Virus record (IMG/VR): IMGVR_UViG_3300030330_003913
Direction: 5' to 3' (one strand)
Length of the DNA stretch: 64,000 nt
Source: a virus
Taxonomy: Duplodnaviria; Caudoviricetes
The position numbers were made by a program, and so were the translations under genes. Position 1 is the stretch's first letter. Each line of letters opens with the position of its first letter. This document shows positions 39,074-47,663 of this stretch, piece after piece. The notes under the pieces were generated by a model. It saw only the letters and a program-made list of their open reading frames with translations. It had not been told where the DNA came from and did no database searches.

Positions 39074-39478
39074 TTAATCAAAAATAATAACTTTTTTATC
39101 AATTTTTTTAGAATACTTTAGTGCAGAACCTGTACCATTTGTTACCTTACCTTCGGTACAAAATGCAACTACATTATCACTATACTCAACCAAATCTTTA
39201 TTTCGTTTATGGTAATTACCAACACTATATTGTTTACCATATCTAAATGCACCATGTACACAATGTATATTATGTGGTTCATGGTATGGTGGAAACTCTG
39301 AATAATTTATATCAAAGTCAAGTGAGAATTGTTTTGCATATTTATCAGCACCCTCTTTTGCACCACCACTTACTATTTCTAAATCACTACCAACTTTTTC
39401 TTTTAGTTTGAAAATAAAGTCTTTTATTTTTCGTTTGTTGGTGTAAGTTCTACTACCTATGATTGCTACTTTCATCAT
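39074..39478 (-). CDS. SLOG/DprA-like (DUF2493/YspA) protein
   Basis: IIGSR, VSGGA.GAD, RN, GT; start trimmed. Confidence 0.8.
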   Translation of the reverse strand: MMKVAIIGSRTYTNKRKIKDFIFKLKEKVGSDLEIVSGGAKEGADKYAKQFSLDFDINYSEFPPYHEPHNIHCVHGAFRYGKQYSVGNYHKRNKDLVEYSDNVVAFCTEGKVTNGTGSALKYSKKIDKKVIIFD

Positions 39479-39917
39479 CGTTTCTTTTTTGTTTCCTTGG
39501 TTTTCTTTCTGGGTCTCTTGATACAAAGTCCCAAGTCTTTTTAAAGTTTTTAATACCCTCAACTATACCTGTACTTGGGTCACTATATAACCAACTAAAT
39601 CTTGAATACTGAATGTAATTATTTTCATGTATATCTCTTGGTATCACATCATACCAAATAAAAAATACTTGTTTATCAAAAAACTCTGGTCTAATAATTG
39701 TCTTTTGTGGTTTCTTAGTTTCAGTTTCTCTTTGTTTTAAAAATTGACTCAACCTACTTAAATCTATTTTCTCAGTATCTCTATCGTACCAAAAATAAAT
39801 TGTGAATTGGTTTTGAAATACTTCATTTCCTACATTGGCCAACTCATCTAATACTTCTTGTTCCCATGGTTTGTCAATAAAATCTGATAACTTTAATCTT
39901 AATGTTGGTGTAATCAT
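39453..39917 (-). CDS. Hypothetical protein
   Basis: ORF tiling. Confidence 0.55.
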   Translation of the reverse strand: MITPTLRLKLSDFIDKPWEQEVLDELANVGNEVFQNQFTIYFWYDRDTEKIDLSRLSQFLKQRETETKKPQKTIIRPEFFDKQVFFIWYDVIPRDIHENNYIQYSRFSWLYSDPSTGIVEGIKNFKKTWDFVSRDPERKPRKQKRNDDESSNHR

Positions 39918-40750
39918 TATAAATCCTTACATAATCTACATTTTTTGTGTTTCTCACACTTTTGATAATCTTTGTCAATAATATTACCATTTTCATCATA
40001 ACACTCAGACATAAATTCGTCTAATCTTGTCATAACCTTATTTATACTTGGTTTTCCACTTGCAGGTGTGAATACTTGGATTCTCTTTTGTGGATATGCG
40101 ATGTTCTCGTATAATCTTCTCTTTAATATTAAATATTCAACATCTATTTTATCCATTGGAATTTCTGTTTGGTCTGAGAAATATTTCTTGTATAATAATA
40201 ATTGATTAGTTTTGTTCTTGTCGGCTTTCATATATTTGTTCCAACCCATAGTTGCAGTCTTGATATCAATAATCTTAATACGACCTGTAGTCTTGTTGTG
40301 TATAACCACATCCATATATCCAATAAAAGTTAGTTTATTATCTAATTTCTGATTTAAGTCTAACTCAATACCAACTAATTCTGTATTCTTCTTAGGAAAG
40401 TAACTACTCTTTCTTTTTAAGAACTCATCAATAATATTAATACCATCTTGAAAAAACTCTTTCATATCTTCTAATGAAACATCAAAGTCATCACCATGTT
40501 GTTCCTTAGATTTCTTATAGTTCTCTTCCATTCTGTATTGTAGTATATCATGTAGTGGTAGAGAATCTGCATATTTGATTGTCTTATTGTAGTATGCAAC
40601 TAAGTATGCCTGTATGGTTTCATGTATGGCAGAACCAAATAAGGTATAAATATTACCATAAAATGTTGTTTGTTTGTCTACATAATCAAGTTTCCATGTG
40701 TATGGACATTTGTCCCACTTGGCAAACTGACTATAACTTATTCTACTCAT
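39917..40750 (-). CDS. PD-(D/E)XK exonuclease (Cas4/RecB-like)
   Basis: SYSQ...CP, FGSAIHE, GYMD...IIDIKT, Q...Y, terminal Cys cluster. Confidence 0.85.
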   Translation of the reverse strand: MSRISYSQFAKWDKCPYTWKLDYVDKQTTFYGNIYTLFGSAIHETIQAYLVAYYNKTIKYADSLPLHDILQYRMEENYKKSKEQHGDDFDVSLEDMKEFFQDGINIIDEFLKRKSSYFPKKNTELVGIELDLNQKLDNKLTFIGYMDVVIHNKTTGRIKIIDIKTATMGWNKYMKADKNKTNQLLLYKKYFSDQTEIPMDKIDVEYLILKRRLYENIAYPQKRIQVFTPASGKPSINKVMTRLDEFMSECYDENGNIIDKDYQKCEKHKKCRLCKDL

Positions 40751-41585
40751 CTATAATAGCTCTCCCTTTCATTTCTTCCCAATTACGATTATTACGAACT
40801 TGGTCATTGACATATTCTACTGCCTCCAATAACCCATAAGTTTCAAACTGATTAATAATCGCACTTAAATCTTTTGGTAAACAATGTCCACCATAACCAT
40901 AATCACCATCAGGACCAGGTACTGCCCAATGTGATTTACCTAACCTCTCATCATAGGTTGCATACTCTACAACTTTATCATAATCAATATCAATCTGTTC
41001 ACACACTTTATACATTTCATTTGCAAATGATACTTTAGTTGCCAAGAAGTTATTAATAAAATACTTTGTCATCTCTGCAGTTTTACTACCTGTCTTTACG
41101 ATAGTTGCCTGTGGAAATACTTTGGAATATATTTGTCTGAGTTTATTAGTTCCAATTCTATTACCACCTAATATAATTCTATTCTGATTCTTGAAATCCT
41201 CAAGGAAGTTTTCTTCTGTTAAGAACTCAGGATTAAATATTACAATAACATTTGAATAACTTTTATTAAACTTATCAGTAGTACCTGGTGGAATAGTTGA
41301 CTTAATCACCACAATAGGTTTATCCTTATCAGTATCTACATTATAATCAATTTCTTTAATTACCTCTTCTACAATACCTGTATAACAAGTTCCATCTTTT
41401 TTCATTGGTGTTGGAACACATACAAATATCACCTCACATTTATCAACCAAGTCTTTTAAATTAGGTACGGTAGACTTTGAAATATCAAATTTATCGTAGG
41501 TGTGTATGTAATCATAATGTGGTTCAAATCCAACCTTGATTGCAGTCCCAACATATCCTTGTCCTACTATTCCTATATTTTTCAT
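40743..41585 (-). CDS. UDP-glucose/GDP-mannose dehydrogenase family, short form
   Basis: GQGYVG, CVPTP, KSTIPPGT, NPEFL, GYGGHCLPKD; no C-terminal UDP-binding domain. Confidence 0.9.
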   Translation of the reverse strand: MKNIGIVGQGYVGTAIKVGFEPHYDYIHTYDKFDISKSTVPNLKDLVDKCEVIFVCVPTPMKKDGTCYTGIVEEVIKEIDYNVDTDKDKPIVVIKSTIPPGTTDKFNKSYSNVIVIFNPEFLTEENFLEDFKNQNRIILGGNRIGTNKLRQIYSKVFPQATIVKTGSKTAEMTKYFINNFLATKVSFANEMYKVCEQIDIDYDKVVEYATYDERLGKSHWAVPGPDGDYGYGGHCLPKDLSAIINQFETYGLLEAVEYVNDQVRNNRNWEEMKGRAIIDE

Positions 41586-41800
41586 ATCTTTTCAACTGAA
41601 TGTAGTGGTAGTGTCCATATCTTACCATCATTATCTTTTAATTTATATAATGTAGGAAAGTGTGCAATACTATCTAATACTAATTCAGTTCCCTCGTTTA
41701 AATCACCATTAACTTCATGATGATGTTTTATTGTTCTAAATCTATCACCTGCTTTAACACCAAAGTGTTCAGTAGATGTTTTATTGAATCTTCTTACCAT
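41582..41800 (-). CDS. Hypothetical protein
   Basis: ORF tiling. Confidence 0.55.
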   Translation of the reverse strand: MVRRFNKTSTEHFGVKAGDRFRTIKHHHEVNGDLNEGTELVLDSIAHFPTLYKLKDNDGKIWTLPLHSVEKI

Positions 41801-42055
41801 TTAATCACTACTCGTCAATGTATGAATATCAGATATTAAATGTTCATTACCATTCATATCTGTAAACTTAGTAGGTAAATTATCATATTGACCACCTGGT
41901 ATCTTACCATGGTCTGTCATTGAACCTCTTTCTCTTTCTGGTGGTAATCCTTCTAAATCACAAGTATCCCATTGAATGTATTCATCTGAATCATCCACTT
42001 TGACTAATGGTTTACTTCTATTTAATGAATATAATTGATGTAGTGGAAATCTCAT
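41801..42055 (-). CDS. Hypothetical protein
   Basis: ORF tiling. Confidence 0.55.
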   Translation of the reverse strand: MRFPLHQLYSLNRSKPLVKVDDSDEYIQWDTCDLEGLPPERERGSMTDHGKIPGGQYDNLPTKFTDMNGNEHLISDIHTLTSSD

Positions 42056-42444
42056 TTAGCCCATTTACCTCTCGCAACTACTTGTGCCATTACTCCATAG
42101 TTTGATATATCTGAATAACTATCTATCAAACCTTCATTCTCTAAAGAACCATCATCACCTCTCATGATAAGAGTTTTGATTCTCTCTACTTTATCATTAA
42201 TCCTAAACCAAATACCCATTAAGGACAATCTCTTATCCTCATCATTTTTCAGTGCAGTACCAACTGCAATATTTTGTGGGCCGTAATCATGTTGTTTGTG
42301 TAAGAACAACTCATATTGGTCTTGTTGGATTTTCTTAAACTCTGATGTCATTTGTGGGTATTTTGTTTCCATATACTCTATGACATCCACATTCTGTTTG
42401 TTACCCTTAGGCGTATCCTTGATAACTTTCATATTATTCTCCAA
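42052..42444 (-). CDS. DUF1599 / nucleotide-modification-associated domain protein
   Basis: KQHDYG, R..DK..R, DSYSDISNY. Confidence 0.8.
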   Translation of the reverse strand: MENNMKVIKDTPKGNKQNVDVIEYMETKYPQMTSEFKKIQQDQYELFLHKQHDYGPQNIAVGTALKNDEDKRLSLMGIWFRINDKVERIKTLIMRGDDGSLENEGLIDSYSDISNYGVMAQVVARGKWAK

Positions 42445-42457
42445 TTTATCATATGTT

Positions 42458-42489
42458 AATATACAAAACTTTTACTATACTTGTCAAGC
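42458..42489 (-). promoter_or_regulatory. Sigma70-type promoter
   Basis: GCTTGACA-N18-TATATT. Confidence 0.75.
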
Positions 42490-42492
42490 ACT

Positions 42493-43053
42493 TTATACAA
42501 TTTTATCAACAATTCCATATTCTAAACATTGTTCTGAATCAAAGTAAGAATCATTTCTTCCTGATAACTCCCAAAACCTTGCATCTTTATTTGTAACTTC
42601 ACCAAGTATCTCATTGATATCTTTTTGTAAATCTTTTAAGTGGTCAACACCTTTCATCACATCTGTAGTTTTACCTGCCTCAAATGCTGAACCCTCATGA
42701 ACCATTACGGTTCCATGTTTTGTCATTGTTCTTAAACCTGTACCACATGATAATAATACTGATGCAGCACTCATACAAGTTCCAACACAATGTGTATTAA
42801 CTTGAACAGGTAATCCTCTGATATAATCTACCAATCCCAACATAGCATAAACATCACCACCATATGAGGCAATATTCAAGTTAATAGATGTATTTGGATT
42901 AACTCTTTGTAGGTAATCAAGTTTGACAATTGTTGAGTATAGTGAATCAATATCAAACTCATAGTTCATATAGGTGGTATTGGTTTTTGAATTAACACCC
43001 CACTCCATTTCCTTCATATAAAATGATTCTTCATTTCTAAAATTCTTTCCCAT
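42493..43053 (-). CDS. clpP: ClpP-family protease
   Basis: SYGGDV, CMSAAS (Ser), MVHE (His), D.YF (Asp), YGIVD. Confidence 0.85.
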   Translation of the reverse strand: MGKNFRNEESFYMKEMEWGVNSKTNTTYMNYEFDIDSLYSTIVKLDYLQRVNPNTSINLNIASYGGDVYAMLGLVDYIRGLPVQVNTHCVGTCMSAASVLLSCGTGLRTMTKHGTVMVHEGSAFEAGKTTDVMKGVDHLKDLQKDINEILGEVTNKDARFWELSGRNDSYFDSEQCLEYGIVDKIV

Positions 43054-43484
43054 TATTTACTCCATATTTTTTTTAGTTGTTTATCTTCTACACCAAATTT
43101 CATTATAATTGTTTCTACTTGTTGTGGTGTTAATATTTCCAAGTAATCATCTACTTCCTTTGAACTACATTCAAAATATTCACACAAATATTCCATAACC
43201 CAAGTGTTCACTTTAGACTTATGTTTTGATTTTGTGTATTTAAGAAATGTTCTACCTTTTGGTAATACATCAATATAAAACTGATACACATTCTTAGGAG
43301 CCAACTCCCAATACTTTTGTATCTCATTCACTACTTGAATCCATTCTGACTTCATACTAAGAAATCTATGAATCATATAGTTACTCCATGTCTTTTTATC
43401 ACCCTCACTTAATGTATCCCAATATGTAGGACTCTGTACATTTGTGATTTGTTTTACATGGTCAAATAAAGATTTAGTCTTCAT
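43053..43484 (-). CDS. Clamp-loader small subunit (T4 gp62-like)
   Basis: LFD...I, YMIHRFLSM, VNE, F.KY.K. Confidence 0.75.
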   Translation of the reverse strand: MKTKSLFDHVKQITNVQSPTYWDTLSEGDKKTWSNYMIHRFLSMKSEWIQVVNEIQKYWELAPKNVYQFYIDVLPKGRTFLKYTKSKHKSKVNTWVMEYLCEYFECSSKEVDDYLEILTPQQVETIIMKFGVEDKQLKKIWSK

Positions 43485-44163
43485 TTTTTACTACTTTCCA
43501 ACCTGACTTTTTAATAATATTATCACTTCTACCTTTCCAATAAAAGAACTCACCATCAAATGTAAAAATATCTTTTGTATCATAATAATCTTTATCATGA
43601 TTTGATAACATAGACTTACCTCTTAAATGTAAGGTTTTATCCAACATGATATCCCAACCACTAATAAGTCTCATTCCAAGATGTATATCATCACCATCAG
43701 TAAAGTTAGTTCCCATAACTACTGGTATACATTCTGTAGAACCATAACCATGCATTACTTTTTGTACACCCAACTCTAACATAAACTCTATATCCTCTAT
43801 TGATGTTTCTTCCGCACCTATCAACATGTGTTCTATATAACTACAATTAGGTCTTAGTCCACTTTCTTTTAACATTCTTACCATTGTAGGTATTAATATT
43901 AATTTTGTGGGTTTTAAATTTATCATTTGTTCAAACACATTAGGTGAAAACTTATCACTATATATAGTTCCACCAATTTGTTCCATAGGTCTTGCCATAA
44001 TATATGACCCAATTGTATGTCTTGGTATAAAATCTAATAGTATATCTGACTTATTCAAGTTAAATACTTCTATATTTGAGTTGATTGAATGTTGTAAAGA
44101 TTCTTCACTATGTAAAACTTCTTTTGGTTTTCCTGTAGAACCTGTTGTATTAAATTTGTTCAT
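43474..44163 (-). CDS. Minimal adenylate-forming (ANL) enzyme
   Basis: TTGSTGKPK, YGSTE, TKD, GRSDNIIKKSG; only 229 aa. Confidence 0.8.
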   Translation of the reverse strand: MNKFNTTGSTGKPKEVLHSEESLQHSINSNIEVFNLNKSDILLDFIPRHTIGSYIMARPMEQIGGTIYSDKFSPNVFEQMINLKPTKLILIPTMVRMLKESGLRPNCSYIEHMLIGAEETSIEDIEFMLELGVQKVMHGYGSTECIPVVMGTNFTDGDDIHLGMRLISGWDIMLDKTLHLRGKSMLSNHDKDYYDTKDIFTFDGEFFYWKGRSDNIIKKSGWKVVKNED

Positions 44164-44602
44164 TCATAACTCTCTCTATTAATTTATTAAAGTCTGACCA
44201 AAATAGATAACATGGTGCATTATCTCTGAAACCAAATCTATTTGGATTATTTTTTTCTATAACTTTATTTTCATGTAACATTTCTGAAATTTTTATTGTT
44301 GATGAATTAAGAGTGGTTGACCACCAAAGTGTTTTTGTATTTGGATGTAACCTCTTTGTTAACAATAACAATTCTTTTATTAGAACTTTAGTGAGATTTT
44401 TATTTCTCTCTTGTTTATAAATATAAAAGTTTCTTGTGTTAATGACATTTTTTTTACACCAAATATTAATTAATCCAAGTGGTCTATCTTCAGTACTAAA
44501 TTTAAAAAATCTCATCCCTTCTTCATAAAAAACTTCAGAATTATCTTCTTGTATATCTTTAAATTCAGTATACTTTATTTCCTCTACCAATATGCATCGC
44601 AT
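44150..44602 (-). CDS. GNAT-fold protein
   Basis: FYIYKQERNKNLTKVLI, degenerate motif A. Confidence 0.5.
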   Translation of the reverse strand: MRCILVEEIKYTEFKDIQEDNSEVFYEEGMRFFKFSTEDRPLGLINIWCKKNVINTRNFYIYKQERNKNLTKVLIKELLLLTKRLHPNTKTLWWSTTLNSSTIKISEMLHENKVIEKNNPNRFGFRDNAPCYLFWSDFNKLIERVMNEQI

Positions 44603-46005
44603 GTTATAACCGAATTATTACTTTCACCTGCATGATATCTATCTTCTGTCTCTAAGTCTAATGAATAATACAAAGACTCTGAAGTTGTTAATGATATTGA
44701 TGATACTGATTGTGTTGTGAATCCATTCACTACAAATGTATCATTAACTTTGACATCTCTTATAGGTTTAAATTGATATTTTGAACCACTATAAACCATA
44801 ATTTGGTCTTCAGGATTCACTCTTGTTGAATTATTTAATTCATAATAACCCCAACTTGGTACTACAACCAAACTATTTACTGAACTTGTTGATTCACTTA
44901 AGTCACTTATAGAGCCTGTCCAATTACCTTTATCAAGAATAAATTGAGGCCAAGTTACATTGGTCGTTGATGATTCAAATGCAGTGTTTCGTTTTGGATA
45001 ATTGTTAATCACTACACTCTTTACAACTTCACCTGAACTAACATCACTAATTCTTTTTACCGAACCATTTGACATTGATACTGGTGTATTACCTTCAAAA
45101 TGTCCTGTTTGCCATATCCTTACATTATTAGAATCATAAATATTAGTATTTTGTGAACCAATAGTAGTTGAACCACTTGGTTGTCCAAATTTTCTATAGT
45201 TAGTTACATAGGTTTCATTTCTTGTAAGATATTTTACACTACCACTTCCAATCAATACTATACTTCTAAAAATTCTATATCTGTCATTATCTATTTCAGG
45301 TTCTATATATTGTTCTACATAATTAAAGTTATTATAAATTTGATTCCTATCTTCTGTAAAGTCTGTAAAGGATACACCTACTCCCATATCTTCAGTTGGG
45401 TCTTTGATAACAACATCAGGTATATTTGTTGGGTTACCAAATGACGATGAGATATTATTACCAAATGCAGGGAAGAAATCTTCACCTAAACTACCTGTTA
45501 TAAAATTACGAAAAGTAGTCTTGTTCTCACATAATACATCAACATTATGATAATTTAAATGTCCTTGTCTTAATACATAATGTGTTGAAGATGGTGTTGG
45601 TATAACCTCATCCCATAAATTATACTCATGTGTAAATGTACATCCTGAAGATGATAAACTTGAACTTAGGTGTTGTCTAAAAATATCTAAAGTATCTTCA
45701 ACTCTTTGTGGTTCTATATTGAAGTTTAGATAGTCCTCGTAGTAAGTACAGGTAGTATGACCAGAACTTGTAATATGACTGACTAACTCAGGAACATCAA
45801 ACATTACTTTCATTTTACCACTTAATCCAATATTAGTGTTCATTTCTAATAGTTTTATTGAACCACTTTGTGGTATCCAATCCATGGCATATATCATACC
45901 CTCATGTTCACTATCCCAATAGTCACTACCAGTAAACAGATTTCCTACCTGTAAACTTTTTTCTTTTAATAAATTTGCGTAATTTTGTCTTTGTGAATCA
46001 TTCAT
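44584..46005 (-). CDS. Circularly permuted ATP-grasp ligase fused to degenerate Hint domain
   Basis: D..LLEMNTN precedes VIKDP...GVGV and EQYIEP; C-terminal NTPVSMSNGSVKRISDV..GE / YSLDLE..DRY Hint blocks. Confidence 0.65.
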   Translation of the reverse strand: MNDSQRQNYANLLKEKSLQVGNLFTGSDYWDSEHEGMIYAMDWIPQSGSIKLLEMNTNIGLSGKMKVMFDVPELVSHITSSGHTTCTYYEDYLNFNIEPQRVEDTLDIFRQHLSSSLSSSGCTFTHEYNLWDEVIPTPSSTHYVLRQGHLNYHNVDVLCENKTTFRNFITGSLGEDFFPAFGNNISSSFGNPTNIPDVVIKDPTEDMGVGVSFTDFTEDRNQIYNNFNYVEQYIEPEIDNDRYRIFRSIVLIGSGSVKYLTRNETYVTNYRKFGQPSGSTTIGSQNTNIYDSNNVRIWQTGHFEGNTPVSMSNGSVKRISDVSSGEVVKSVVINNYPKRNTAFESSTTNVTWPQFILDKGNWTGSISDLSESTSSVNSLVVVPSWGYYELNNSTRVNPEDQIMVYSGSKYQFKPIRDVKVNDTFVVNGFTTQSVSSISLTTSESLYYSLDLETEDRYHAGESNNSVITCDAYW

Positions 46006-46020
46006 ATCTATAAATATTGA

Positions 46021-47433
46021 TTATTTGAGAAAGTTTTCATTTTCCATCCAATTGTAACCAACATATCCCATCTTCTTATGTATACTGATTGCCTTGTTGT
46101 TCCAACCATCAACATATGCCAAGTCATATTTTATATTCTTTCTAATAAGATAGTTTGTAATATAAGTGTAGAAATGTTCTATTAGTTTACCATGTTTTCT
46201 TGAAGTTCTGTATTTAGGTAAACATGCCCAATATCCACCATAAGAATGGTCTTTAGGTAAGTTCATATCAATATTCCACTCGTGGTCATAAAAAGTAAAT
46301 TCACCCATAAACCACCAATTCCATTGTATCATTTTACCATCGTGAAACATTGCACACAAATTGTGTCCATCTTTTATTCTTTTCTTTGCAGTTTCTAAAT
46401 CCCATAACCAAGTTTTTCTTGTCTCTGTGGTAATCCAATCCATATTCAATCTGTCCCATTCTTTGAGACCTTGTAGAATTTCCCATGTCCACCCATCAAG
46501 TTGTTCAAGTGTATCAATGTCTTCATAGATAACCTCACCAATATCTGGTGTTTGGATTTCATATTCATGTATAGGTTTTCTACCAAACCAATAAGTTTGA
46601 TGGTCATCAGATAACCAACCATCATTACCATCAATTATATTTTTTCTAACTTCAGGTATAAAAGTGTTATCAATATTGAAGTTAAAGTTGATTTTGGTTT
46701 CATCTATGGTTTTGTCATACTTACTTACAACATCTACAAATCTTTCTAATCCCCAACCAAAACATGCAGTCATCTCTGAGTCTTGTATATTAAATTTATC
46801 AACAAACTTTCTACCATGTAGATTAAATGAACCTATTGCAACATGTCTATTTTCGTTAGGAATCCATGCTCTAATCTCAATCTTAGAACCACTATTGATT
46901 TGTACTTTTCTTTTTAACTCTGATTTATCACCAAAGAATGGGTCTGATGCAACTTCATAAAAATATTTGATACCAAGTTGGTCTAACATTTGTGATGTTA
47001 AAGTCATTGCCTTACTTAGATTATCCTCACAATATTTCTCAGTACCAACAAACACTATCTCTGATATAGTGAAGTTAAACATTCTTTCTAAATCATTACA
47101 TTCTTCTTCTATTCGTGTACATTTACTTGTCATTACATAAGATTTATCTGTAACACTTTTATCTTTTAAGAAACTATAACAATGATAACATCCTGTAGGT
47201 GAACACATTCCTTTTTCTTCACCATGGTATGAATTAATTATAGATGCCTGATGTGAGAATGATTCCATATATCCTGTCTTATAGGCATTATCCATGGAAA
47301 GATGAGATGGTGTCCATAGTCTTTCAGAGTTGAATTCGTCTGACATCTTGTATGTTAGATTTTCTAAACCAACTAAACTCTTAACTATGTCACCACTTAT
47401 TACTTGTAGTCCATCTCCAACTTTAGTATACAT
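46021..47433 (-). CDS. SerRS-like amino acid:[carrier protein] ligase fused to GNAT
   Basis: PTGCYHCY, CTRIE..RMFNF..SE, ASDPFFG, SFNLH, TACFGWGLER; C-terminal PKYR..G / N.KAI..HKKMGY. Confidence 0.8.
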   Translation of the reverse strand: MYTKVGDGLQVISGDIVKSLVGLENLTYKMSDEFNSERLWTPSHLSMDNAYKTGYMESFSHQASIINSYHGEEKGMCSPTGCYHCYSFLKDKSVTDKSYVMTSKCTRIEEECNDLERMFNFTISEIVFVGTEKYCEDNLSKAMTLTSQMLDQLGIKYFYEVASDPFFGDKSELKRKVQINSGSKIEIRAWIPNENRHVAIGSFNLHGRKFVDKFNIQDSEMTACFGWGLERFVDVVSKYDKTIDETKINFNFNIDNTFIPEVRKNIIDGNDGWLSDDHQTYWFGRKPIHEYEIQTPDIGEVIYEDIDTLEQLDGWTWEILQGLKEWDRLNMDWITTETRKTWLWDLETAKKRIKDGHNLCAMFHDGKMIQWNWWFMGEFTFYDHEWNIDMNLPKDHSYGGYWACLPKYRTSRKHGKLIEHFYTYITNYLIRKNIKYDLAYVDGWNNKAISIHKKMGYVGYNWMENENFLK

Positions 47434-47663
47434 TACTCACTCGGTTGAATTTGACTCATCATATTTTTTGGTATTGTACCACAATTACCACATGCAAATA
47501 CTTGAATCGGAACTATTGCCTCTTTACCATTTGGACTCATCAATGCAGATATTCTTTTCAAAAAGAAAGATTGTATGAAAGATGCGTTTCCACATTCCTC
47601 ACATTGAATTGTATCTGCCTTTGAAATATCTAATGGTTCTTGATATGTTCTTTCATCATTCAT
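47433..47663 (-). CDS. Zn-ribbon protein
   Basis: CEECG...CGNCG. Confidence 0.65.
   Translation of the reverse strand: MNDERTYQEPLDISKADTIQCEECGNASFIQSFFLKRISALMSPNGKEAIVPIQVFACGNCGTIPKNMMSQIQPSE

Noticed and set aside
39917-40750. CRISPR-Cas system suggested by the Cas4-like nuclease
   Set aside because: No repeat-spacer array or other cas gene is visible; solo Cas4-like nucleases are common in phages.
44584-45120. Active intein
   Set aside because: It lacks the N-terminal Cys/Ser, block B His and terminal His-Asn, and has almost no C-extein.
46021-47433. Canonical seryl-tRNA synthetase
   Set aside because: No N-terminal tRNA-binding domain; motifs fit the carrier-protein ligase subgroup and a GNAT is fused.
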